Assembly: GCA_964350885.1 (NCBI GenBank)
Contig: CAYGKV010000001.1
Location: forward strand, 68,891-132,890
Direction of reading: 5' to 3'
Origin: an uncultured Candidatus Saccharibacteria bacterium
Lineage (GTDB): Bacteria > Patescibacteriota > Minisyncoccia > Phycocordibacterales > UBA2100
Length of the DNA stretch: 64,000 bases
Below the pieces are notes generated by a model, which saw nothing but the letters and a program-made list of their open reading frames with translations, made no database searches and was not told where the DNA came from. A program made the translations under genes and the position numbers. Below, in pieces: positions 1 to 9,597 of the stretch. The stretch's first letter is position 1, and each line of letters starts with the position of its first letter.

Positions 1-145
1 GTAAAGACGAGACAATACCGCGAGCCTTCAATACCATCGTTTTTGCCCCTTCGGTTGGTGTAGAATTTGGGGCAACGCTCGACGGAGTTACGTTGCCAAT
101 TGTTGTCATTCCTCACGTGTCACGTTTTCGTGTTGCTCAATAGCT

Positions 146-1021
146 ATGGTCGCCACATCTTCACATACACACGTTCCGCCGGTACAGCGTGGTTTGGCAT
201 CACATACTCTCATTACCAAAGCCGACGGTGAACAAGAGCCATTCGATCCAGCAAAACTCGAACACTCTCTTGCGCAGGCGGGTGCATCTACGACAATGCG
301 CGCCCGCGTACTCGCGCATGTCGTGCGCGAACTTCGACCGGGAATGATGACTGAAGATATTTATCGGCATGCATTCGAGATACTGCGGAAAGAAGAATCG
401 ACTCCTGTCGCAGCGCGATACTCCATCAAACGCGCTGTTTTTGCACTTGGCCCCTCAGGGTTTCCTTTCGAACAGTTCTTGGCTGAAGTTTTGCGTGCAC
501 ACGGATGGAGTGCACAGACTGGGGTTGCGCTCACGGGCCGTTGCGCGCCGCACGAAGTTGATGTGTATGCGCATAAGGGGGGTAAACGCATTGGCATCGA
601 GGCGAAATTCCATAACGATGCGGCGGGAAAGACCGATATCAAAGATGCCCTGTATGTGAAGGCGCGTTTTGACGATCTTCGTGTTACACCGCTTCAGTCG
701 TCGCGCGTGGATGAGGGATGGCTTGTTACTAATACGCGCTTTACGAGGAATGCCATTCGTTACGCGCAGTGCTCCGGGCTCAAGCTCGTGGGTTGGGATT
801 ATCCATACAAGCACGGACTTCTCGCGCTCATCGAAGAGGCTCGCGTGCATCCTTTGACCTGCCTCACCACTCTCACCGAAACCGAGAAGCATCGACTCTT
901 GGATCAAAAGATCGTGTTATGTAAGCATGTGCAGGCTCCGCACCTACTCCAAGAATACGGCGTGAAGCCAGAACGTATTCCACTTGTCCTGGGTGAAGCG
1001 AGACAACTCTGTGGAATTTGA
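146..1021 (+). CDS. ATP-cone domain fused to Mrr-like PD-(D/E)XK restriction-endonuclease domain protein
   Basis: N-terminus LITKADGEQEPFDPAKLEHSL resembles the ATP-cone (VIKRDGxxExFdxxKI). The middle FEQFLAEVLRAHGW...HEVDVYA...IGIEAKF matches the Mrr_cat D...ExK pattern. ATG at 146. Confidence 0.55.
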   Translation: MVATSSHTHVPPVQRGLASHTLITKADGEQEPFDPAKLEHSLAQAGASTTMRARVLAHVVRELRPGMMTEDIYRHAFEILRKEESTPVAARYSIKRAVFALGPSGFPFEQFLAEVLRAHGWSAQTGVALTGRCAPHEVDVYAHKGGKRIGIEAKFHNDAAGKTDIKDALYVKARFDDLRVTPLQSSRVDEGWLVTNTRFTRNAIRYAQCSGLKLVGWDYPYKHGLLALIEEARVHPLTCLTTLTETEKHRLLDQKIVLCKHVQAPHLLQEYGVKPERIPLVLGEARQLCGI

Positions 1022-1083
1022 TTGACCACAATCACCTCATTCAGCAGGATGACCTACTGGGTACTGGGTGATATAATTCTCTT

Positions 1084-1641
1084 ATGAATACGGCGGCGCC
1101 ATTCATGGATCCTACATTCATTATGTTCGGCAAGTTATTGCTCGCCATGATCTTGGGCGGCATTATCGGAACTGAACGAGCTGTTATTGCCAAACAATTC
1201 GCGGGCACGCGCACGTTTGGACTTGTAAGTCTCGGAGCATGTCTCCTCGTCGTAACGGGGAGTTTCGTCGATACGGCATATCTCGGCGTTGTTAATTTTC
1301 AACCTATGCAAATTGCTGCAGCGGTAGTGACAGGCATTGGCTTCCTCGGCGGCGGGCTCATAATCTTTCGCAAAGACGCACTCCACGGTGCTACAACCGC
1401 CGCAGGTCTCTGGATTGCTGCTGGTGTGGGAATAACTGCAGGGTTTGGGTTGTATGCAGTCGCAATCTTTACCACCATTCTCGTGCTCATCATGTTTACC
1501 GGCATGTGGTATGTAGAAAATCGCTTCAAGCATTGGTTTGCCGAACACACTCCCGATTCACATCACGAGAGCACGAGTGATAGTGAATCGCAGTCCTTTA
1601 GGGCACCAGACATTCATGAGGATAATTCTCACAATACATAG
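1084..1641 (+). CDS. MgtC/SapB family membrane protein
   Basis: ILGGIIGTERAV motif (GxxIGxER) typical of MgtC. Multiple TM helices. Confidence 0.6.
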   Translation: MNTAAPFMDPTFIMFGKLLLAMILGGIIGTERAVIAKQFAGTRTFGLVSLGACLLVVTGSFVDTAYLGVVNFQPMQIAAAVVTGIGFLGGGLIIFRKDALHGATTAAGLWIAAGVGITAGFGLYAVAIFTTILVLIMFTGMWYVENRFKHWFAEHTPDSHHESTSDSESQSFRAPDIHEDNSHNT

Positions 1642-1662
1642 GGGGAGTGATATACTGCCGCG

Positions 1663-2475
1663 ATGAGCGGTTATTACAAGCCTGATAGAAAGTCCGACTG
1701 GAATTATGGTGGCAATAAATGGCGTCTCTCGCGTTCTAAAATCGGTCTTTTTCAAGAATGTCCGCGCTGTTTCTACATCGACAACAAGCTTGGCACCGCT
1801 CGTCCTCCAGGGTTCCCATTCAATCTCAACAGCGCCGTTGACGCGCTTCTCAAAAAAGAATTCGATATACATCGTGTGGGGAAAACAGCTCATCCTCTCA
1901 TGAGCAAGTACGGTGTCGATGCCGTTCCGTTTCAACACCCCAAAATGGATATCTGGCGCGAGAATTTCAAAGGCATTGATTACCGCCACGAGTCTACCGG
2001 TTTTACAGTTTCAGGTGCGGTAGACGACGTGTGGGTTACGCCGCAGAATGAATTGATCATCGCCGACTATAAAGCGACGAGCAAAGACGAAAAGATTGAG
2101 GTACTAGATCAAGAGTGGCACGACGGCTATAAGCATCAGATGGAAGTGTATCAATGGCTATTCCGTCGCAACGGGTTCACGGTCTCCGATATGGGGTATT
2201 TTGTGTACGCAAATGCGAGTAAAGACAAGAAAGCATTCGATGGGCAGCTCGAATTTGAGATCACGCTCGTACCACACAAAGGAGATGACTCGTGGGTGGA
2301 AAGCACTCTACAAGACATCAAGGCGACGCTCGAGAGCGAACTCTTGCCCGCACCTGCTCCCGAATGTGACTACTGCACCTACCGCGAATTCGTCGGCAAA
2401 AAATTGCAGGCATTTGCGGGAAAAGTGAAAAAAACTCCTTCAAAATCTTCAGGAACGAGCTCTTTGGGCATATGA
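1663..2475 (+). CDS. Cas4/RecB-like PD-(D/E)XK nuclease with Cys cluster
   Basis: VDDVWV...IIADYK (D...D/ExK) and QMEVYQW (QxxxY). N-terminal CPRC and C-terminal CDYC cysteines resemble the Fe-S ligands of the Cas4/AddB family. No CRISPR array or cas1/cas2 nearby. Confidence 0.5.
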   Translation: MSGYYKPDRKSDWNYGGNKWRLSRSKIGLFQECPRCFYIDNKLGTARPPGFPFNLNSAVDALLKKEFDIHRVGKTAHPLMSKYGVDAVPFQHPKMDIWRENFKGIDYRHESTGFTVSGAVDDVWVTPQNELIIADYKATSKDEKIEVLDQEWHDGYKHQMEVYQWLFRRNGFTVSDMGYFVYANASKDKKAFDGQLEFEITLVPHKGDDSWVESTLQDIKATLESELLPAPAPECDYCTYREFVGKKLQAFAGKVKKTPSKSSGTSSLGI

Positions 2476-2726
2476 AATCTTTTGCAGAGAAAGTACGCGA
2501 TGTCGTCCGTAAAATTCCAAAGGGGAAGTCGATGACGTACAAAGAGGTGGCCGCGAAAGCGGGGAACCCGAACGCCGCGCGTGCCGTAGGTGCCGTTATG
2601 CGTACGAATTTTGATCCCGACATTCCGTGCCACCGCGTCGTTCGATCAGATGGTAGTCTTGGAAATTACAATCGCGGTGGCACGGAGCGCAAGCGAGAAA
2701 TTTTGACGACAGAAGGAGCTTTGTAA
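2472..2726 (+). CDS. MGMT-family protein (methylated-DNA-protein-cysteine methyltransferase DNA-binding/active-site domain only)
   Basis: PCHRVV active-site motif, NPNAARAVG helix-turn-helix. 84 aa. Overlaps upstream stop (ATGA). Confidence 0.7.
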   Translation: MKSFAEKVRDVVRKIPKGKSMTYKEVAAKAGNPNAARAVGAVMRTNFDPDIPCHRVVRSDGSLGNYNRGGTERKREILTTEGAL

Positions 2727-2764
2727 CTCTTTATTCTTACGGTCTACCTGCTATAGTTCCTCCG

Positions 2765-3919
2765 ATGACAAAAGAGAACTCAATCCAAAATTTCGTGGAG
2801 GCGCATCCGGAGCTGCAAACTCCGTACTATCTCATCGACGAGACGCTCCTCCTCAAAAACATGAGGAAGATGCGCTATGTCCACGAAAAGAGTGGAGCGA
2901 AATCAGTACTCGCGCTCAAGTGTTTTTCCACGTGGTCGGTATTTCCTCTCATGAGTCAGTACATGGATGGCACGACATCAAGCTCGCTCTTTGAGGCGCG
3001 ACTCGGGCATGAGAAATTCGGGAAAGAAACGCATGCGTATAGTGTCGCGTGGAGTGAAAGCGAGGTGCGCGAAGTACGTTCGTTCGCCACCAAGATAATT
3101 TTCAACTCCGTATCTCAATTAAAACAATTCAACGAAATCGCACAGGGGATCCCGCTCGGACTCCGCATCAATCCCGGCGTGTCATACTCGCACCACACGC
3201 TATCGGATCCTGCACGCGCCTATTCTCGCCTCGGCGCTCTCGATGCGAATGAGATCGAAGCGGTGAGCAATCTCATAAGCGGCGTGATGTTCCACGTCAA
3301 TTGTGAGAATGACGACCTGGATGCGTTCGTGAATATTTTGGAAACTATCGGTGAGAGGTACGGCGCTCTGTTGCAAAAGCTGGAGTGGGTGACACTCGGT
3401 GGTGGAATCTATTTCACCAAAGAAGGGTACCCGATCGATGCATTTTGTGACACCATTGCAGCTTTCTCAAAAAAATATGATGTCCAAATTTACCTGGAAC
3501 CGGGAGAGAGTTCGATTACGCGCTGCGGATATCTCGTTACGTCCGTACTCGACATCGTCCACAACGACATCGATATCGCGATCGTCGACGCTGCTGCCAA
3601 CGCGCACATGCCCGATCTCCTGACGTACCAGACACCAGCAAAAATGGACGCGCCGATTGACGGTCCTCTGGCCACGCACGAGTACCAGATTGCCGGCCGC
3701 ACCTGCCTTGCCGGGGATATATTTGGCACCTACAAATTCCCTGCTAAACTGCACGTCGGAAGTCTCGTCCCGATTGCCGATGCGGCAGGGTACACGATGG
3801 TACAGAAGACATGGTTCAATGGAGTGCCCATGCCGAGTATCGTCGTCAAACGTCTGGATGGGAAGATTGATGTCGTGAGACAATTTAGTTACGATGAATA
3901 TCGTGACGGTTTATCTTAA
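2765..3919 (+). CDS. nspC: carboxynorspermidine/carboxyspermidine decarboxylase
   Basis: PYYLIDE...SGAKSVLALKCF...DGTTSSSL...ETHAYSVAW pattern of the CANSDC family. Adjacent to a CANSDH-like gene. Confidence 0.75.
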   Translation: MTKENSIQNFVEAHPELQTPYYLIDETLLLKNMRKMRYVHEKSGAKSVLALKCFSTWSVFPLMSQYMDGTTSSSLFEARLGHEKFGKETHAYSVAWSESEVREVRSFATKIIFNSVSQLKQFNEIAQGIPLGLRINPGVSYSHHTLSDPARAYSRLGALDANEIEAVSNLISGVMFHVNCENDDLDAFVNILETIGERYGALLQKLEWVTLGGGIYFTKEGYPIDAFCDTIAAFSKKYDVQIYLEPGESSITRCGYLVTSVLDIVHNDIDIAIVDAAANAHMPDLLTYQTPAKMDAPIDGPLATHEYQIAGRTCLAGDIFGTYKFPAKLHVGSLVPIADAAGYTMVQKTWFNGVPMPSIVVKRLDGKIDVVRQFSYDEYRDGLS

Positions 3920-3931
3920 AGACAAACAAAT

Positions 3932-5248
3932 ATGAAGCCGAATGTATTAATTGTCGGAGCCGGCGCGGTGGCACATGTCGCTGCGCACAAAGCTGCCCAG
4001 AACAACGATATCTTGGGAGACATTTGCATCGCGACGCGCAAAAAAGGGAAGGCGGATCAGATACTCAAGAGCATCCAGCGCAAAAAAAGCATTAAAGACA
4101 AACGCGGGAAAATATATTCTCGAGAAGTCGACGCGATGAAAATCCCCGAGATGGTGAAGCTCATCAAGGAGACCAATTCATCGATCGTTATCAATCTCGG
4201 CACCGCATACATCAACATGTCTGTCCTCGAGGCATGCATCCGCGCCAAGTCTGTTGGCGGTCGCCCGGTGACCTATATGGACACCGCCATCCATGAAGAT
4301 CCGAAGAAAGTCGCTGAAGATCCGCCATGGTACGCGAATTACGAATGGAAAAAGAAAGCGGCATGTAAAAAGGCAGGCATCAATGCAATCCTCGGGATCG
4401 GCTTCGATCCGGGGGTGGTAAATGTGTGGGCCGCGCTCGCTCAAAAAAGATATTTCGACACGATCGAGACGATCGACATTCTCGACGTAAACGCGGGAAG
4501 TCATGGCAAATACTTCGCCACCAATTTCGACCCCGAAATCAATTTCCGCGAGTTTAAAAAAGTGTGGACATGGATCAATCGCACATGGGTGGAGCGCCCG
4601 GTGCACAGCGAGCGCTGGGACTACACCTTTCCTGTCGTTGGGAAATGCCCCGTCTACCTCAATGGCCACGATGAACTGCACTCTCTTTCCAAAAACATCA
4701 AGGCGAAAAGCATCCGCTTCTGGATGGGTTTTGGCGACCATTACCTCAATGTGTTTGGTGTATTGCGCAACCTCGGCATGCTCTCTGAAAAACCGGTTAC
4801 GACCGCCGAAGGAGTGAAAGTCGTTCCTCTAAAAGTCCTGAAAGCCGTGTTGCCCGATCCCGCCTCGCTCGCAAAGACATACACGGGCTGGACGTGCATC
4901 GCTGACTTGGTGAAGGGTTGGAAAGACGGGAAGTGGCGCGAGGTCTTCATCTACAACAACTGCGATCATGCGGCGTGTTATAGGGAAGTTGAATCTCAAG
5001 CCATCTCTTACACCGCAGGCGTACCGCCAATCGCAGCTGCTATACTCGTCGCCCAGGGCGCGTGGAATCCTCGGACCATGGTCAATGCGGAAGAGCTTGA
5101 CCCTGATCCATTCATTAAGGTCTTGAACCGCATCGGACTTCCGACAGAGATAAAAGATACAACACCGAAAGACGGTAGGCCGAGCGAAGATGGGATGCCG
5201 ATCTCTGCAACAAGATCAAATAGTGTCAAAGTCGATGCCGTTTGGTAA
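3932..5248 (+). CDS. carboxynorspermidine dehydrogenase (saccharopine dehydrogenase family)
   Basis: N-terminal Rossmann motif VLIVGAGAVAHVAAHKAAQN and overall CANSDH-like architecture. Paired with nspC. Confidence 0.7.
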   Translation: MKPNVLIVGAGAVAHVAAHKAAQNNDILGDICIATRKKGKADQILKSIQRKKSIKDKRGKIYSREVDAMKIPEMVKLIKETNSSIVINLGTAYINMSVLEACIRAKSVGGRPVTYMDTAIHEDPKKVAEDPPWYANYEWKKKAACKKAGINAILGIGFDPGVVNVWAALAQKRYFDTIETIDILDVNAGSHGKYFATNFDPEINFREFKKVWTWINRTWVERPVHSERWDYTFPVVGKCPVYLNGHDELHSLSKNIKAKSIRFWMGFGDHYLNVFGVLRNLGMLSEKPVTTAEGVKVVPLKVLKAVLPDPASLAKTYTGWTCIADLVKGWKDGKWREVFIYNNCDHAACYREVESQAISYTAGVPPIAAAILVAQGAWNPRTMVNAEELDPDPFIKVLNRIGLPTEIKDTTPKDGRPSEDGMPISATRSNSVKVDAVW

Positions 5249-5251
5249 GTC

Positions 5252-5983
5252 ATGAATGAGCGCGAGGCTGAAGTTAAAATCGAGGCTTCGTGGAAAGCGG
5301 CGTTGAAAGACGAGTTCGGCAAGGAGTACTTCAAGATGCTCCGAGACTTCGTCAAAAATGAGTACCAACACGCTGTCGTTTTCCCGCCACCGAAGAACAT
5401 TTTCCGCGCATTTGAACTCTGTCCATTCGACAAGGTAGAGGTCGTAATCCTCGGACAAGATCCATATCACGGCGCCAGCCAAGCCAATGGCCTCTGCTTT
5501 GCCGTGAGTGAGGGCGTGCCTGTGCCGCCGTCGCTGCAAAATATATTCAAAGAACTTTCAGCAGATTGCTCTTTGCCCTTCGAAGCCTTGGCGAAGAAGG
5601 GCGGTAGTCTAGAACACTGGGCCAAGCAGGGGGTACTACTCTTGAACGCGACACTCACCGTTCGTGCCCGAACGCCCGGTTCGCACCAAGGAAAAGGGTG
5701 GGAAGAGTTTACCGATTCCGTCATCCGCAAGCTCTCGGAGGAGCGCGAGAATCTCGTTTTCATCCTATGGGGCAACTACGCCAAAGCCAAAGGCGCGCAC
5801 ATTGATCGCACCAAGCATCTCGTCATAGAATCCGCTCACCCATCGCCATTCTCTGCCCACAGCGGATTCTTCGGCTCCAGACCTTTCAGCAAAACCAACG
5901 AGTATCTTTCGACTCACAACAAAAAACCAATTGATTGGTTGCAGAACAATCTTATTTCAATACACACCAAACTTACGCTATAG
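5252..5983 (+). CDS. ung: uracil-DNA glycosylase (family 1)
   Basis: GQDPYH motif, HPSPFSAHSGFFG C-terminal motif. Confidence 0.85.
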   Translation: MNEREAEVKIEASWKAALKDEFGKEYFKMLRDFVKNEYQHAVVFPPPKNIFRAFELCPFDKVEVVILGQDPYHGASQANGLCFAVSEGVPVPPSLQNIFKELSADCSLPFEALAKKGGSLEHWAKQGVLLLNATLTVRARTPGSHQGKGWEEFTDSVIRKLSEERENLVFILWGNYAKAKGAHIDRTKHLVIESAHPSPFSAHSGFFGSRPFSKTNEYLSTHNKKPIDWLQNNLISIHTKLTL

Positions 5984-5999
5984 CGTAAGTTTGGTGTGT
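5963..5999. terminator. perfect 37-nt palindrome between convergent ung and M16 peptidase genes (likely bidirectional terminator)
   Basis: ACACACCAAACTTACGCTA|TAGCGTAAGTTTGGTGTGT. The ung stop TAG lies at the centre. Weak U-tracts on both sides. Confidence 0.5.
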
Positions 6000-6004
6000 G
6001 ATGA

Positions 6005-7273
6005 TTAGATTTTCAAAGATTTCAAAAATACGTCTTTGTGCAGGTGCGGGCCGATGATGGCGAGATTGAGGGCGTTGGTCTTTAGGATGTCCTCTGCGAC
6101 GCGTTGGACGTCACTCGCTGACACCTTGTCGATACCTTTGATTATTTCCTCCAGCGAGCGGATTTTGCCGATGGTGATGAGTGAGGTCGCGGCGTTCTGG
6201 GCGATTTCGTCACTCGTTTCTAGCGAGAGGGTGAGCGTGCCTTTGATGTAGGATTTGGCTTTCTCAAGCTCTGTTGCAGATACTTTCACCCGCTTTATTT
6301 TTTTGAATTCAGCGAGAATGGTTTGTATGGTTTTTTCCAATTTTCCGTGCTCTACGCCAGCTTGCACGACGAAGTAGCCTGTGTCCGGGTATTTATCTGC
6401 CCACGCATGGACGGAATAAGCGAGTCCGCGTTTCTCGCGCACTTCGAGGAAGAGGCGACTGCTCATCCCGCCGCCTAGAATAGTAGTAAGGACGGCAAGC
6501 GCGTATTCATCTTTGTGTTCGTATGGATATGCGGGTACACCGAGCATGAGCTGGGTCTGATCGGTTTTCTTTTCTTTTATAGCGACACGAGGTTCAGTTT
6601 GCAGGGCAGAGAAGGTGGCGTAGGTGGGCGCGGGAGCGGATTTGAGGCGGCCGAACTCTTTTTTCACCTTTGCGAGAATTTTTGGAGAAGAGAACGAACC
6701 AGCGATGCAGACGACGGTGTTGGCAGGTACGTAATTCCTCTTGAGATATTCTGAAAAATCTTTGCGTGAGAACGCGCGAATGTTTTCTTTGGGCCCCAGG
6801 ATGGTGCGACCGAGAGCATGATCGCCGAAGATGAGGGCATCGAAGACATTATCCACCGTGCGCATCGGCATATCCTCGTACATATCGATCTCCTGGATAA
6901 TAGCTCCGCGCTCTTTGGTGATCTCCTTTTGTGGCAAGGTCGAGTTGAGAAAGATGTCGGTGATCACATCAAGCGCCGTGTCGAGGTATCGGGCACTCAC
7001 CTTGGCGTAATAGGCAGTCCTATCTTTTGAGGTGAACGCATTGTAGACGCTACCCGTAGCATCGAGCTCTTCGCTGATTGCGCGCGCAGTCTGGCGTTTC
7101 TTGGTTCCTTTGAAAAACATGTGTTCCAAGAAGTGCGCGAGTCCATTCTCGTGCATACTTTCGTATCGCGAACCGGTGCCCGACATAACGACCACCGTCG
7201 CGGTCGTCGTGTCCGGCATGGGAGCAAGTACTACTCGCAGACCGTTCTTTAGCGTGTGAATGTCGTATCTCAT
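6005..7273 (-). CDS. M16 family zinc peptidase (insulinase-like)
   Basis: HFLEHM (HxxEH) inverted zinc-binding motif near the N-terminus. 422 aa. Confidence 0.75.
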   Translation of the reverse strand: MRYDIHTLKNGLRVVLAPMPDTTTATVVVMSGTGSRYESMHENGLAHFLEHMFFKGTKKRQTARAISEELDATGSVYNAFTSKDRTAYYAKVSARYLDTALDVITDIFLNSTLPQKEITKERGAIIQEIDMYEDMPMRTVDNVFDALIFGDHALGRTILGPKENIRAFSRKDFSEYLKRNYVPANTVVCIAGSFSSPKILAKVKKEFGRLKSAPAPTYATFSALQTEPRVAIKEKKTDQTQLMLGVPAYPYEHKDEYALAVLTTILGGGMSSRLFLEVREKRGLAYSVHAWADKYPDTGYFVVQAGVEHGKLEKTIQTILAEFKKIKRVKVSATELEKAKSYIKGTLTLSLETSDEIAQNAATSLITIGKIRSLEEIIKGIDKVSASDVQRVAEDILKTNALNLAIIGPHLHKDVFLKSLKI

Positions 7274-7584
7274 TCCTGTTCAGTTATACCGTAATATTTT
7301 TTTTCATGCTTTTCCACCTCACCAAGAAGTTCGGGGCTAATAAAGGTTTTTGCCCCGACCTTGCAGAGATTGGCGTTTTGATACGCAACATCTTTATCTT
7401 TGAGTGTTTTTTCGATAAATGATCGGAAGTGGGTATCGATTGTTCCCTGTTTCATCTTAGAGTGTTTGTTCGCTAGAAAAAAGGATACATCTCCTGTAGA
7501 AATCCATCCGTTTGCTTTGAGTTCTGATACTTTTGTCCGGTCCAGAACTCGCTGTTTGAGTATCTGATTCATTTTTTCCGACAT
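7270..7584 (-). CDS. hypothetical protein (low-GC)
   Basis: ORF with ATG at 7584 or 7572. Its stop overlaps the M16 start (ATGA). About 40% GC versus about 55% locally. No recognisable motif. Confidence 0.3.
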   Translation of the reverse strand: MSEKMNQILKQRVLDRTKVSELKANGWISTGDVSFFLANKHSKMKQGTIDTHFRSFIEKTLKDKDVAYQNANLCKVGAKTFISPELLGEVEKHEKKYYGITEQE

Positions 7585-7670
7585 GTGACGATAGTACAGC
7601 AGGCTAAGGATAATTACCAATAATCAGGTTTACAGCTTTCTTTTTTATAAAAACGCGCTATTTTGTCTGA

Positions 7671-9584
7671 ATGACGATCAATGAAATCCGTTCGAAATAT
7701 TTAAAGTTTTTTGAGGCTCGAGGACATACCGTGATCCCCTCGGCCTCACTCGTTCCTCAAAACGATCCGACGACACTCTTCACCGGGAGCGGAATGCAGC
7801 CGCTCATTACCTATCTCCTCGGTGCCCCGCACCCGAAAGGGACTCGACTCGTGGATAGTCAGAAGAGTTTCCGCGCCGATGACATCGAAGAGGTGGGGGA
7901 CAACCGCCACACGACATTTTTTGAAATGCTAGGCAACTGGTCTTTGGGGGATTATTTCAAGAAAGAGCAGCTGCCATTTTTTTTCGAGTTTCTAACAGCA
8001 GAAATTGGCCTTGACCCCAAAAATCTGTATGTGACCGCCTTTATCGGAGACAAGAAAAACAACATCCCCCAAGACACTGAGTCTGCCGCTCTTTGGGTCT
8101 CGCTTTTTGCCGAGAAGGGTATTGATGCCAAGATCGTATCAATCGGCTCTGAAGCCGATGGGTACCGCCTTGGCATGCAAGGCGGTCGCATTTTCTATTA
8201 CGAAGCGAAGAAAAATTGGTGGAGCAGGGCGGGGGTGCCCGACAACATGCCCGCGGGAGAGCCAGGAGGTCCGGATTCTGAAATGTTCTACGATTTTGGG
8301 ACACCTCACGATCCGCGATTTGGCCCAGAATGCCACCCGAATTGCGATTGTGGCCGATTCCTTGAGATAGGCAACTCGGTCTTTATGCAGTACATAAAGA
8401 AAGAAGATGGTTCGTTTGCGCTCTTACCCAAACAGAACGTCGACTTTGGCGGTGGACTCGAGCGCATTGCAGCTGCTGTTCAGAACAATGCTGACGTGTT
8501 TGCGACCGACGTGTTTGCTGATGTCATAGGCCTCCTCGTACATTTTTCTGGCAAGGAATATACGGATAGTCGATATACTCGGTCGTTCCGTATCGTTGCA
8601 GATCACATACGCGCGGCGACGTTTATTTTGGGAGATGGGATCATACCCTCCAACACCGAACGCGGGTACGTGCTGCGTCGTCTCTTACGTCGAGCTTCCC
8701 AGCATGCTCAAAAGCTTGGCATCGCAGCAGAAAAATTGGAGGACAGCATGCTTGTGCGTTGCGCCGTCGATATCATAGAAAAATACAAGCAGGCGTATCC
8801 AGAACTAGCGAGTGAGGAAGCCTACCAGCACATTACCAGCGAGATATGGAAAGAAGAGAAACAATTTGCCCACACGCTCGAATCGGGTATGAAGGAATTC
8901 GAAAAGGTGGTGGCGAAAGGGCGCATTTCAGGGGCCGACGCTTCCACGCTATTTACTACCCACGGTTTTCCATTTGAAATGACTACCGAACTGGCGAAAG
9001 AGCGTGGCATCGATGTGGACGTGGAGGGTTTCAAGAGTGAAATGAAAAAACATTCCGAACTCTCGCGCGCAGGAAGCGAACAAAAATTCAAAGGGGGACT
9101 TGCCGATACTTCTGAAAAAACCACGCGTTTACACACCGCACATCACCTACTTCTCAAGGCCCTCCAGGTGGTACTGGGGCCAACCGTTAAGCAGCGTGGC
9201 AGCAACATTACCCAGGAGCGACTTCGCATCGATTTTTCACACGGTGCGAAAATGACTCCCGAACAGATTAAAGAAGTCGAGCGTATCGTCAACGAAAAAA
9301 TAAAAGAATCATTGCCAATGATCCGCTCAACGCTCCCGAAAGCAGAGGCGGAGAAGATTGGTGCGGAACAAGAGTTTGGAGCGAAATATCCCGATACGGT
9401 TTCTGTGTATTCTCTCGGACCCAAAGACGCGACTCAATCCGACCCAAAATTCGATGAAGCATTCTCCATAGAATTCTGCGGCGGGCCCCATGTCGAGAAT
9501 ACCCGCGATCTCGGTACATTCAAAATCCTAAAAGAAGAAGCCGTCGCATCAGGAATTCGCAGGATCAAGGCGGTGCTCGAATAG
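7671..9584 (+). CDS. alaS: alanyl-tRNA synthetase, short form lacking C-Ala domain
   Basis: RSKYLKFFEARGH...FTGSGMQP class II catalytic core. Editing-domain HxxxH (HTAHHLLLKAL) and GGPHV. 637 aa, ending right after the editing domain. Confidence 0.85.
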   Translation: MTINEIRSKYLKFFEARGHTVIPSASLVPQNDPTTLFTGSGMQPLITYLLGAPHPKGTRLVDSQKSFRADDIEEVGDNRHTTFFEMLGNWSLGDYFKKEQLPFFFEFLTAEIGLDPKNLYVTAFIGDKKNNIPQDTESAALWVSLFAEKGIDAKIVSIGSEADGYRLGMQGGRIFYYEAKKNWWSRAGVPDNMPAGEPGGPDSEMFYDFGTPHDPRFGPECHPNCDCGRFLEIGNSVFMQYIKKEDGSFALLPKQNVDFGGGLERIAAAVQNNADVFATDVFADVIGLLVHFSGKEYTDSRYTRSFRIVADHIRAATFILGDGIIPSNTERGYVLRRLLRRASQHAQKLGIAAEKLEDSMLVRCAVDIIEKYKQAYPELASEEAYQHITSEIWKEEKQFAHTLESGMKEFEKVVAKGRISGADASTLFTTHGFPFEMTTELAKERGIDVDVEGFKSEMKKHSELSRAGSEQKFKGGLADTSEKTTRLHTAHHLLLKALQVVLGPTVKQRGSNITQERLRIDFSHGAKMTPEQIKEVERIVNEKIKESLPMIRSTLPKAEAEKIGAEQEFGAKYPDTVSVYSLGPKDATQSDPKFDEAFSIEFCGGPHVENTRDLGTFKILKEEAVASGIRRIKAVLE

Positions 9585-9597
9585 AGGTGCTGATTCT

